Of a DNA stretch of 64,000 nucleotides, positions 28,843 through 37,875 are shown piece after piece. Below the pieces are notes generated by a model. The model was not told the origin of the DNA. It saw only the letters and a list, made by a program, of their open reading frames with translations, and did not search any database. Origin of the DNA: a virus. Made by a program: the position numbers and the translations under genes. The stretch spans positions 1 to 64,000 of the IMG/VR virus record IMGVR_UViG_3300042946_001661; one strand, written 5' to 3'. The stretch's first letter is position 1. The number at the start of each line of letters is the position of its first letter.

Positions 28843-30517
28843 CTTTTTCCTTTTTTCTAAGAACTACTATTCTGTAGTCGTCTTCTTTATTAACAGTACT
28901 TTTTTTGAAAAAATTTCTTGGTCCAGTGCTAGCTATTGTGTATGTCTTGAAGCCTTTGCTTGGGGCACTTAATCTTACTCTAAGCAAACTTCCAGGAACT
29001 AATTCATTTTGAAAATTAGCATAATCATCTTTCCATACATTTATAAGACCTTCATCACAATTACAATCTTCTGCTTTTACCTGATAGTATTCTGCCTTTT
29101 TACCTTTCTTTTTACTACAAGATATTACCTCTATTTCCACAGGAAGAGTATCTCCAGAATCAGGCTCTAGTGTGTCGAAGGTTAATCCTCCCCTATAATC
29201 CGGACTGTCCTTTACATTACTGTGCCAAGCAAATCCATAATACTTCTTTTCACAGGCTACTAAATCATCAAATTCTTTTTTCAAGTTTTTATCAATTTTA
29301 GAATCATCAATAACAAAACCTTCTAGTCTAGGTTTCTCCAAATCTTCTTTATCTTCATATCTTTTTTTGGCAGTCTGTATCTTGTTAATCATTTTACATA
29401 TGTTTTTCCAAGCATCTTTGTTATTAATAATAAGTTTTAAATATCTCTTTTTCCAATCATCACATGATTTACTGCCAATTTTCAAAGAATCTAAATCAAT
29501 ATAGTCTATCTCCCCACTAACTACTTTATTTTTAATAAAATCAGTATTCTCTGCCTCCTTGATCATTGAATAAAGAATCTCTTTATTTTTTTTTGCTGTA
29601 TTTGCATACCTTTTTTTTCTATCTTGATTTTTCTTTATATAATCTTTATATTTTTCAGAGAACATAAAAAGAGTGTAAGGATCCGAATCGGAGAAGCACC
29701 TAAGAGAAAGTAATGGCTTTAATACACTAGAATCTGTTCCGAATCTTTCAACAAAATCTTCAAAGTTTTTATATGGCTGTCTCTTTACTATTTCTTTTGC
29801 TATAGGCTCTCCTATTCCTTTTATATTAGAAAAACCAAAATAAATATCATCTCCTATAAGGCTGAAGTTTTCTTTAGACAAATTAATATCAACAGGCTTT
29901 AAATCTATTTTATGCTTAGTTATTTCTTTTCTATATTCTTTAATTTTATCGGCATCATTTTCACATGTTAAAATTGCAGTATAAAACTCATGAGGAAAAT
30001 GAGACTTTAAATATAAAAGTCTTGAACTAATATGAGTATAACATACTGCATGACTTTTATTGAAGCCATATTCTGCAAAACTTTCAATAAGTTTCCATAA
30101 ATTTTCTAATTCTTCTTCAGAAGAATCCAAGTTCTTTTTTCCATTATTAATAAATGTTTCTTTGTATTTAATAAACTGTTCTACTTTTTTCTTACTAATA
30201 GCCTTTCTTACAGCTTCAACATCTCTCATTGGAATATTTCCAACCATGTTCAATATTTTCATTACTTGTTCTTGGTATACAATTACCCCATAAGTATCTT
30301 TTAATATTTCGTTTAAAATAGGATGTAATTTATATTCTTCTCTGCCTCTTTTTCTTTCTATGAATCTTTCATGCATTTTACAGTTATGAACAACAATATC
30401 TTGAGCAATAAAATTAGGCTCATCGATATAAAGATCATCTTCAATGATTAAAGAAATATCATAACATTCATCTTCGTCAACTTTTTCTATAGAAATTATT
30501 TCATCATAATCAATCAT
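28820..30517 (-). CDS. dnaE: DNA polymerase III alpha, fragment 3: C-intein plus C-terminal extein (fingers, HhH, OB)
   Basis: VVHN/C junction, then TYGVIVYQEQ, RKAISKKK, FAEYGFNKSH, IKGIG, OB-like tail. Confidence 0.93.
   Translation of the reverse strand: MIDYDEIISIEKVDEDECYDISLIIEDDLYIDEPNFIAQDIVVHNCKMHERFIERKRGREEYKLHPILNEILKDTYGVIVYQEQVMKILNMVGNIPMRDVEAVRKAISKKKVEQFIKYKETFINNGKKNLDSSEEELENLWKLIESFAEYGFNKSHAVCYTHISSRLLYLKSHFPHEFYTAILTCENDADKIKEYRKEITKHKIDLKPVDINLSKENFSLIGDDIYFGFSNIKGIGEPIAKEIVKRQPYKNFEDFVERFGTDSSVLKPLLSLRCFSDSDPYTLFMFSEKYKDYIKKNQDRKKRYANTAKKNKEILYSMIKEAENTDFIKNKVVSGEIDYIDLDSLKIGSKSCDDWKKRYLKLIINNKDAWKNICKMINKIQTAKKRYEDKEDLEKPRLEGFVIDDSKIDKNLKKEFDDLVACEKKYYGFAWHSNVKDSPDYRGGLTFDTLEPDSGDTLPVEIEVISCSKKKGKKAEYYQVKAEDCNCDEGLINVWKDDYANFQNELVPGSLLRVRLSAPSKGFKTYTIASTGPRNFFKKSTVNKEDDYRIVVLRKKEKDEQRVDN
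30383..30517 (-). mobile_element. Split intein, C-half (45 aa)
   Basis: I.SIE..CYDI..PNFIA..IVVHN followed by Cys+1. Confidence 0.9.
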
Positions 30518-31523
30518 TTTTTATACTTTCAAAAAAATTAATAACCCTTTTGTCGTTGCGAAACTTTTTTCTACTCATGTTACAATCATTGAACTGCCAG
30601 TAATGAAAAAGAAAATTATTTTCTATCGCATAACTTTCACCAGCCTTTAATTTTGCTTCAGATTTTTCGGCATCAATTTGATAAACATATCCTGATTTTA
30701 ACTCTACTAAAAATTTTTCATTAATTAAAAAATCCGGAAAATATTTTTTATTTTTGCCGCAATAATTATAAGCAATACAACAAGGTGTTGCAAACCAAGA
30801 TTTAACATATGGGGAATCATCTAGTAGTTCGGAGAGCCATAATTCAAGTCTCGATCTAAGAAAAAAATCACAATTCATTTTTTTTGAATAGAATGACTTG
30901 CCTGTGCTACTAAATACATAGTCAGGATGAACTTTTCGATAATTATTATTACAGTCTTTAGAGCAAAATTTAATTTTAGGTCTTGGCTTTCCTCCAACCC
31001 ATATAATAATTTGTTTATCACAAAATGCACAATTACTATATTTGGCTTTGCCTTTAGCCAAAGGGTATAATCTCTGGTAGTCTTCGGGTGTCCGCTTTTC
31101 TCTCAATTGTTTAAGCTTTTCATTCCCGGCAGATGTGAAAGCAAATAATAATTTTTTTCTTTCTTCGGGAGAAACAGATTTAACCTTACTAACCCAAGCG
31201 TCTGACGCCATTTTAACAACTTTTTTTCTAGTCTCTGGTTTGAGGATATCTCCTTTTTCATATGCTTTTTTCATACGCTCAGATCTATTTTTTTTAACAT
31301 GTGCTTGATTGCTATAATCTTTGACTTTTTTAGCAATTGAAAATACAGTCTCATTAGATTCTTTGGTTTCACCTTTATTCCAAACATCGGGTATTTGATT
31401 TTTATATTCTTCTGTTTGCTCGGGAAACATTTGCAAATACTTCGTTTTTTTAATTTTATGAGACGAGTTTAAATGTCTGTAAAATTTGTCTGAAATTTCT
31501 CTATTGCATAATTTACATATCAT
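30510..31523 (-). CDS. Free-standing putative homing endonuclease (C2H2 finger, CxxC..C..C, TnsA-like PD-(D/E)xK domain) between the intein halves
   Basis: CKLC..H...H; RSRLE, YFPDF, VELK; GGAGG SD; stop overlaps the C-intein start. Confidence 0.8.
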   Translation of the reverse strand: MICKLCNREISDKFYRHLNSSHKIKKTKYLQMFPEQTEEYKNQIPDVWNKGETKESNETVFSIAKKVKDYSNQAHVKKNRSERMKKAYEKGDILKPETRKKVVKMASDAWVSKVKSVSPEERKKLLFAFTSAGNEKLKQLREKRTPEDYQRLYPLAKGKAKYSNCAFCDKQIIIWVGGKPRPKIKFCSKDCNNNYRKVHPDYVFSSTGKSFYSKKMNCDFFLRSRLELWLSELLDDSPYVKSWFATPCCIAYNYCGKNKKYFPDFLINEKFLVELKSGYVYQIDAEKSEAKLKAGESYAIENNFLFHYWQFNDCNMSRKKFRNDKRVINFFESIKND

Positions 31524-31561
31524 TGTAGCCTCCAGGACTATTCAATAATATGTAGGAGATT

Positions 31562-32875
31562 TTATTTTAATTTTTTAGCAATTTTTTGCCCAACAGATAA
31601 TTTTTCGGCTTCAATAAATTCATCTTTATCGGTAAGGATTTTATGTTCATTTGAACACAAAATTACTTTTCCAGATTTAGTTTTAATTTTTAATAATTTT
31701 TTATAACCAGTTTTTATTAAAATAAATTTTTCAGTATATTTAATTTTCTTTTTTTTACTTAAATAGGCAATTTTATCTAACCCAGGCTTCAAATCTTTTA
31801 TTTTTTTATATCCAAGATTTGTATTAACTTTTACATCTTTTTGAAGACAATTCAAAGGACCTGGACGATATAATGATGAGTAGGCAACAAGATCTTCAAA
31901 TCTTGTAACACCACCAGCTTTAGCTAATGATCTAATACCTGGGCTATCAAACTGAAAGATACATTTAAGGTCTCCTTCATTAGCCATTTCTAGGGATTTT
32001 AAATCATTCCTATACTCATCTATGTTGCTCCAATTGCCTTGACCAGGAAATGCACATATTTTATCAATACCTTTTCTATCTTTTATAAGCTTACAACACT
32101 TTGCAATCTGAAGAAGATTACTGATCACAAGCAAATCAAATTTAACAAGTCCTACTGGCTGTAGATCTTGTCCATGAAGACCTTCTACCCAAGCACTTGC
32201 CTGAGGGCTATCTTTTCTTTTTATAAGAGGAACAAGATCGGTTAAAGGAATAGAGCTTACAATCAAACCTCCAGCATGTATACCTGTCCCTCTGTTTCTA
32301 TTAATTAGTTTTTGAGCAGCCTTTGCTATATCTGGGTGTTCTTCGCAGTATTTCTTAAGCATAGGATCAGTTTTCATAGCTGAATCCCATGTGAGAACTT
32401 TTCCTTCATCATCTTTTGTTTGAAGATTTGTTGTTAAAGCGAGTATTTCTCCTCTTTCTTCTCCGTGAACTCTAACCATATCGATAAGAGAGGATTTAAT
32501 ACCAAAAGTAGTATAGTTTCCTATATTACAGACATATTGCTCTCCAAATGTTTTAGGAGCCCATTCATTCTTTAAAAAATCACGAACAGCAGGAATAAAA
32601 TCCACATCGATATCCGGAGAATCACCTTGTACATAATTTGGATCTTTTTCTATATCAAAATTTGGTACTATTTCTAGTAGCCAACACACCAAAAGATTAT
32701 TTTCATTATCTGGATAATTTACATTTCTGGTCACCATATCTAGAAAGTAATTTTCCTTATTTTGAGAAATTATCTCTTGTTTTTCCCATTCTAATCTTTT
32801 TTGATATCTTTTATCTTCATACAATCCTTTTTCTTTTAATTTTTCTTCACAAATTTTAAATATGTTTGATTTCAT
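31562..32875 (-). CDS. dnaE: DNA polymerase III alpha, fragment 2: catalytic palm/thumb plus N-intein
   Basis: PDIDVDF, GIHAGG, GLVKFDLL, IFQF, LYRPGPLN, then intein start CL. Confidence 0.93.
   Translation of the reverse strand: MKSNIFKICEEKLKEKGLYEDKRYQKRLEWEKQEIISQNKENYFLDMVTRNVNYPDNENNLLVCWLLEIVPNFDIEKDPNYVQGDSPDIDVDFIPAVRDFLKNEWAPKTFGEQYVCNIGNYTTFGIKSSLIDMVRVHGEERGEILALTTNLQTKDDEGKVLTWDSAMKTDPMLKKYCEEHPDIAKAAQKLINRNRGTGIHAGGLIVSSIPLTDLVPLIKRKDSPQASAWVEGLHGQDLQPVGLVKFDLLVISNLLQIAKCCKLIKDRKGIDKICAFPGQGNWSNIDEYRNDLKSLEMANEGDLKCIFQFDSPGIRSLAKAGGVTRFEDLVAYSSLYRPGPLNCLQKDVKVNTNLGYKKIKDLKPGLDKIAYLSKKKKIKYTEKFILIKTGYKKLLKIKTKSGKVILCSNEHKILTDKDEFIEAEKLSVGQKIAKKLK
31565..31849 (-). mobile_element. 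Split intein, N-half (95 aa)
   Basis: Block A CLQKDVKV..G.KKIKDL; block B SNEH; L.VG..I end followed by stop. Confidence 0.9.
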
Positions 32876-32934
32876 AAAAATATTTTTATTACTCTATATT
32901 ATATATAGATTATCTACTCACATCAAGGACATAT

Positions 32935-34029
32935 ATGAAAAAATCAATGAAAAAAGCAATTCTTATTTACAAAGAAGGAAAATCAATAGAAAAGTCCGCA
33001 GCTGAAGCGGAAGTATCTTTTCAAGGACTTCAATATCAACTTAAAAAACTTGGTTTAACAAGAAGTGCCGAAGAAGCCGCTCACAAGAGCTATACATCAG
33101 AGAGTTTAAAAGAAGCATTGAGTCTTTACGAAAATGGAAAAAGTTTAAATGAAGTTAATAAAATAACAAAGGTTTCTCTACACACATTGAGAAAAGAAAT
33201 AAAAAGATTAAAAATATCAAAAAAGAAAATTATTAAATATGATCATATATTAGAAAAATCAATAGATTTATACTTATCAGGATTATCCACCATAAAGGTA
33301 AAAAATATAACTGGTATAGGGCTTGGCAAGTTAACAAAAAATCTTAAAAAAAGAGGGCTTATTCGTAGTAATAAAATAAATTCAAGAAAATATCATGTAA
33401 ATTATGATTTTTTTAAAAATATAGATAATGAACACAAAGCGTATTGGCTTGGTTTTATTTATGCTGACGGTTACATTAGCCGAATAAATAAAAATAAAAA
33501 AATTGGAATATCATTAAACATAAAAGATATGGATCATCTAGAGGTTTTTAAAAAACAAATTAATGCTACATATCCAATAAATATTTATAAGTCGAAGTCT
33601 TTTGGAGGAGTAGAAATAGAATATTGCAGACTACTTATTACTTCAGATCAATTGTTTGATGATTTAATTGACAAAGGAGTTTTCGAAAAAAAGACATTAA
33701 TATTAAAATTTCCAAATGAATCTATAGTTCCAAAAAACTTACAACATCATTTTATAAGAGGATATTTTGATGGTGATGGATCTTTCAAAAAAAGTAATGG
33801 TAAATATTATGTTTTTAATCTATGTGGTACAAAAGAATTTCTACTAAAATGTCAAGAAATACTTCATAAAAATACAAAACTAGAAAAAAGGCACAAGGAT
33901 AATAAAAACAACTATAGTTTTTCGATAGGAGGCAGATTACAAGCCAAAAAAATAGGTGATTACTTATACAAGAATGCTACTGTATACTTAGAAAGAAAAT
34001 ATAACAGATATAAAGAAATGTGTTTTTAA
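32935..34029 (+). CDS. LAGLIDADG homing endonuclease with N-terminal HTH repeats
   Basis: AYWLGFIYADG and FIRGYFDGDGS, LERK. Confidence 0.9.
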   Translation: MKKSMKKAILIYKEGKSIEKSAAEAEVSFQGLQYQLKKLGLTRSAEEAAHKSYTSESLKEALSLYENGKSLNEVNKITKVSLHTLRKEIKRLKISKKKIIKYDHILEKSIDLYLSGLSTIKVKNITGIGLGKLTKNLKKRGLIRSNKINSRKYHVNYDFFKNIDNEHKAYWLGFIYADGYISRINKNKKIGISLNIKDMDHLEVFKKQINATYPINIYKSKSFGGVEIEYCRLLITSDQLFDDLIDKGVFEKKTLILKFPNESIVPKNLQHHFIRGYFDGDGSFKKSNGKYYVFNLCGTKEFLLKCQEILHKNTKLEKRHKDNKNNYSFSIGGRLQAKKIGDYLYKNATVYLERKYNRYKEMCF

Positions 34030-34053
34030 TTAAATAAAATTTTAGTACAGATG

Positions 34054-34061
34054 TATAAATA
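34054..34061 (+). promoter_or_regulatory. T4 late-promoter-like box TATAAATA
   Basis: Exact match upstream of the pspC SD. Confidence 0.5.
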
Positions 34062-34077
34062 TAATCAAAGGAGTAAA

Positions 34078-34251
34078 ATGAAAGTAGACAAGAAAAACGC
34101 CATGATTGGCGGAGTCTGTGCTGGTTTGTCGGATTCAACTGGGATACCGACTGCGGTTTTTAGGCTTGCTTTTCTATTTGCATTTTTACTTGCTGGGATG
34201 GGTCCTATAATTTATATCATTTTATGGATCATGATGCAAACAAAAGAATAA
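34078..34251 (+). CDS. pspC: PspC domain protein
   Basis: MIGGVCAGL...GI....RL......YIILW; AAGGAG SD. Confidence 0.9.
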   Translation: MKVDKKNAMIGGVCAGLSDSTGIPTAVFRLAFLFAFLLAGMGPIIYIILWIMMQTKE

Positions 34252-34261
34252 TGGAGAAAAA

Positions 34262-35209
34262 ATGCCTTTCAAAAAATTTAATGAATTCTTAAACGAACAA
34301 AAGAAAAATAAGAAGACTAAAAAAAGTGATAAAAAGGCATTAGGAATTAGTGGCGATAAGTCTCTTGTTTATAAACCAAAAGTTCATAAATATGATAAAA
34401 TTAAAGACAAGGGACTCGGAAATATTGGAGATGAAAAAAACATCTACGAACCAGACACAGGTCCAGAGCTACAGAAAAAAGCTCCAGAATGGCATAAAAC
34501 AAACATTAAAGAATGGTTAAACAAAACAAAAAAATTATCTGTTTCTGAATTTGCAAAAAAAATTCAAGAAGAAAAAAGTGTAAAAGTAAATATTAATAAA
34601 ATAAAAAATGCTGAAGATCTTATTGGCAATTTTGTAGAAACATTAAAAAGCAATCCAAAATTAATAGAGGTTGCATCAAGAGAGTTTAACAGATCCGGAT
34701 TACTTGAAGGTTTTATTGTAGAGCTCAGTAAAATAAAAAGATCAAAAAGAATACACGAATCAATTAGTGAGCCTGTTGGGTTTGAAGACGAAGAAGGCAT
34801 GGAAGGCATGGAAGATGAAGAAGGCATGGAAGGCATGGAAGATGAAGAAGGCATGGAAGATGAAGAAGGCATGGAAGATGAAGAAGGCATGGAAGACGAA
34901 GAAGGCATGGAAGACGAAGAAGGCATGGAAGACGAAGAAGGCATGGAAGACGAAGAAGGCATGGAAGACGAAGAAGGCATGGAAGACGAAGAAGAAGGTT
35001 ATAGACGCCATCGTCATCGTCACCATCATCATGACGAAGAAGATGATGAGTTTGGGGACGAAGAAATGGAAGATGAAGATGATAGCGAAAATTTAGATAG
35101 CGATGATCTTGAGGATCATGGTTATAATAAAAACCAAGATATGGAAGATGATTCGCCCCTAGGGAGAAGATCTGGCATGCGTAGGGATTATTTTTCAGAC
35201 GAAATTTAA
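34262..35209 (+). CDS. Basic N-terminal, highly acidic C-terminal protein (possible prohead core/scaffold-like)
   Basis: FNEFLNE start; EDEEGM repeats; His-rich patch. Confidence 0.75.
   Translation: MPFKKFNEFLNEQKKNKKTKKSDKKALGISGDKSLVYKPKVHKYDKIKDKGLGNIGDEKNIYEPDTGPELQKKAPEWHKTNIKEWLNKTKKLSVSEFAKKIQEEKSVKVNINKIKNAEDLIGNFVETLKSNPKLIEVASREFNRSGLLEGFIVELSKIKRSKRIHESISEPVGFEDEEGMEGMEDEEGMEGMEDEEGMEDEEGMEDEEGMEDEEGMEDEEGMEDEEGMEDEEGMEDEEGMEDEEEGYRRHRHRHHHHDEEDDEFGDEEMEDEDDSENLDSDDLEDHGYNKNQDMEDDSPLGRRSGMRRDYFSDEI
34784..34993 (+). repeat. 18-bp tandem repeat GAAGAYGAAGAAGGCATG (about 10 copies)
   Basis: Direct reading. Confidence 0.95.
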
Positions 35210-35243
35210 AAAATAAACAATTAACAATTAACAATTATAATTT

Positions 35244-35423
35244 ATGAAAAGTTTTAAACAATTCAAAGAAGAAAAAGAAAAAGAAGAACTAAAAAATAAT
35301 GATAGGGTAGCAAAAGCTATAAAAATGGGAAATGCCGCGGGCAGTCTTCCACTTAGCTCTCATAAAGAACGAAACGAACGAAGAAAAGACAACATCCCGT
35401 CGAAGTACTACAAAGGAAAGTGA
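35244..35423 (+). CDS. 59-aa protein MKSFKQFKEE... (capsid-targeting-like start)
   Basis: Manual translation. Confidence 0.6.
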   Translation: MKSFKQFKEEKEKEELKNNDRVAKAIKMGNAAGSLPLSSHKERNERRKDNIPSKYYKGK

Positions 35424-35437
35424 AATAATTTACTAAA

Positions 35438-36826
35438 TTAATCCTTAAATTCTAAAATCATACTTCTCCCACCTCTAGATTCTGAAAGAAATCTAGAGAA
35501 TAGTAAGTCTTCTTTTATAGGATCAACATCCGTTATTCCTAGACAGTAGCATACGAGAGAACCTCCAGCACTCCCTCGACCCGGTCCTACTGCATCGCTT
35601 CCATCGCCCCATCCTAATATTTCAGGACAAACTCGTCGGGCTTCATCTGTCATCATTTTTTGAATAAGAAAATAACTACTAAATCCTTTTCTCTTGATTA
35701 ATGATATCTCTTCTTTTATTCTTGAAGAATATACTTTTGTTTTTGGTAAATTTCTTTTATTAAAACCTTGTACGACCAAATCTCTTAATTTGTCATCAGA
35801 ATTTTCAATATTAGGCAGCTTTAAACTTCTATCGAAGGTCACACCTTTTGCCATTTCGCATATTTTAACTGTATTCTTTTTAGCTTCTTGAAACAATTCA
35901 TATGGAATAATATCTTTGTAATCACTTAACCATTTTTCATTAAGCTCTTCTTCACTCTTCATCCAAAGATTAGCATCTTGAAGCTCAAAAAAATCAACCA
36001 TTGCATCTTTTTGTTTTGCTTCTTCTATCTCCTTTAAAGTTCTATTTGTTTGAATCATCAACATTAATCTTTGATAATGACTATCTTCTTTTTTGCAATA
36101 ATGAACATCACAACTTACGATCAAAGGTAATTTATATCTTTCATGACACTTGATTATAAAAGCGTCATAAGCAAACTGTTTTTTAAAGTCTAGTAGCATT
36201 AATTCTAAATAATAATGCTCTCTACCAAACATTTCCAAATGCTTTTCAAGCATTTGGAATCCAGCTTCTTCTCCACCCTTGTCAAAAGCTCTACCTATCT
36301 CGCTATTATAGCAACAGCTTGTAAAAATAAGACCTTCTCTATGCTTTTTTAATTGTTCGTAATTGACTCTAGGCTTTCTATAGAAGCCTTTAGTCCAACC
36401 CCAACTAGTTAAACGTACTAAATTTTTATAGCCCTCTAAATTGTACGCTATAGCCAGCAAGTGAGGACTAGCTTTAAAAACATCCATCTCATCTGGAGAT
36501 AATTCTTTTGTAAAATCTTGAAGATCCTCAAGACCAGAACTTTCTGGTTGTAATGAATTTATATATAATTCTGAAGCAAATATTGGGGATAATTTATTTT
36601 TATCTTTATGTTTATCACATATCTTATCGCATATTTTAATTTGTCTGGGTACAGCTCCTAACATTCCGTGATCTGAAACTGTTAAGAATTTTTGATTAAT
36701 TTCAACGGCGCGATTACCTGCTTCCTCAACGGTTTGAAAACCATCAAGCAAAGAATAGTCTGTATGGAGGTGAAGATGTTCAAATCCAACAATTTCTACC
36801 TTATCTTTCATGCAACAACTTTCCAT
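35438..36826 (-). CDS. dnaE: DNA polymerase III alpha, fragment 1: PHP domain plus start of the palm
   Basis: HLHLHTDYSLLDG, SDHG, FYRKPR, DVHY, GPGRGSAGGSLV.Y.LGIT.VDP, LLFSRFL; stops before PDID. Confidence 0.93.
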   Translation of the reverse strand: MESCCMKDKVEIVGFEHLHLHTDYSLLDGFQTVEEAGNRAVEINQKFLTVSDHGMLGAVPRQIKICDKICDKHKDKNKLSPIFASELYINSLQPESSGLEDLQDFTKELSPDEMDVFKASPHLLAIAYNLEGYKNLVRLTSWGWTKGFYRKPRVNYEQLKKHREGLIFTSCCYNSEIGRAFDKGGEEAGFQMLEKHLEMFGREHYYLELMLLDFKKQFAYDAFIIKCHERYKLPLIVSCDVHYCKKEDSHYQRLMLMIQTNRTLKEIEEAKQKDAMVDFFELQDANLWMKSEEELNEKWLSDYKDIIPYELFQEAKKNTVKICEMAKGVTFDRSLKLPNIENSDDKLRDLVVQGFNKRNLPKTKVYSSRIKEEISLIKRKGFSSYFLIQKMMTDEARRVCPEILGWGDGSDAVGPGRGSAGGSLVCYCLGITDVDPIKEDLLFSRFLSESRGGRSMILEFKD

Positions 36827-36993
36827 TCTTTACCAGTAAAAATGTATAACACGTTAAGATTATTGTTAAAATAAAGATCCCCAACTTTTAAATTTTTTGG
36901 AGGTAATCCTACATACACCCCACTATACTGTTTTTTCGAAGTTTTATTTATAAAAGATTCAAATAATTTATTTTTTTCTTTTTTTATAGCCAT
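36808..36993 (-). CDS. Small hypothetical protein (PP....GDLYF motif)
   Basis: Probable start ATG 36993. Confidence 0.55.
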   Translation of the reverse strand: MAIKKEKNKLFESFINKTSKKQYSGVYVGLPPKNLKVGDLYFNNNLNVLYIFTGKEWKVVA

Positions 36994-37033
36994 GAATATA
37001 ATTCTAGCAGAAGGCTGCTGATTTAGCAATCTA

Positions 37034-37061
37034 TTGACTTTTTTAAAAATTTTTGTATCAT
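37034..37061 (+). promoter_or_regulatory. Sigma70-type promoter TTGACT-N16-TATCAT, 7 nt before ATG
   Basis: Consensus match. Confidence 0.6.
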
Positions 37062-37068
37062 AAATTAC

Positions 37069-37602
37069 ATGAACAGATTAAAAAATCAAAGAGCTTATCT
37101 TGCAGGAGCTATAGATCGTTGTCCAAATTTAGGAATTGCCTGGAGAGAATCCATAACTCCTTTTTTAAAAGAAAAAGGAGTTACTGTTTTAAATCCAATG
37201 AAAAAATCTATAAATCTTGGCAATGAAACAGGTGAATCTAGAGATCATAGGCTTAAACTTAAAGAGTCTGAAAACTATGATCAACTAAGTGTTATGATGA
37301 AAGAAATAAGAAATATTGATCTTAGAATGGTTGATATAAGTGATTTTTTGATAGTTAATATAGATTTAGATATACACCCATGCGGCACCTACGAGGAAAT
37401 TTTTATAGCAAACAGATCAAAAAAACCAATAATAATTCACATGGAACAAGGAAAAATCAAAACTCCAGACTGGTTATTTGGAACATTACCTCATAGCATG
37501 TTTTTTTCTACATGGGAAGATATTAAAAAATATTTAACACATGTAGATAGCGAAGAATTTATAGAAACTAAAAACAGATGGAAATTTTTTAATTTATGTT
37601 AG
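37069..37602 (+). CDS. Nucleoside 2-deoxyribosyltransferase-like protein
   Basis: YLAG.I, WR, LNP, D...SD, GT.EE. Confidence 0.8.
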   Translation: MNRLKNQRAYLAGAIDRCPNLGIAWRESITPFLKEKGVTVLNPMKKSINLGNETGESRDHRLKLKESENYDQLSVMMKEIRNIDLRMVDISDFLIVNIDLDIHPCGTYEEIFIANRSKKPIIIHMEQGKIKTPDWLFGTLPHSMFFSTWEDIKKYLTHVDSEEFIETKNRWKFFNLC

Positions 37603-37868
37603 AATACAGAATAAGTTGTGGACATATTCAAGGAGGTTGGTGTTCAAGCTGTATAGAGCTTTGGAGAGAAGCATATGATAAAGGAAAAAAAGATGCGTCT
37701 ATTGCTAAAAAAGGCTATATGTGCAAAACAGAATATGAATGTGAATTAGGAATTGCTTCTGGTGGTTGTAGAGTTTTTTCTAGTATCGAGGATATCAAGA
37801 ATCATAAATCGTGTTGGAAAGACTGTGGCATAGTAGAGGTAGAAATCAATTATAAAGGCATATTATAA
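37596..37868 (+). CDS. Small Cys-rich hypothetical protein
   Basis: 90-aa ORF; CGIVEVE. Confidence 0.65.
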   Translation: MLEYRISCGHIQGGWCSSCIELWREAYDKGKKDASIAKKGYMCKTEYECELGIASGGCRVFSSIEDIKNHKSCWKDCGIVEVEINYKGIL

Positions 37869-37875
37869 TTTTAAT

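Noticed and set aside
34564-35234. Alternative-frame ORFs (MPSSSS, FHAFF, LPCLL, KKAWK repeats)
   Set aside because: Shadows of the stop-free 18-bp repeat in 34262..35209.
32876-35437. Group I/II intron joining dnaE fragments 1 and 2
   Set aside because: The interval is filled by opposite-strand genes, no intron core is apparent, and fragment 2 has its own start and a duplicated segment.
37069-37602. Modified-base pathway (e.g. Z or hydroxymethyl bases)
   Set aside because: Only a generic deoxyribosyltransferase-like gene; thyX, dut and dCMP deaminase point to ordinary dTTP supply, and no purZ, que or hydroxymethylase genes were seen.
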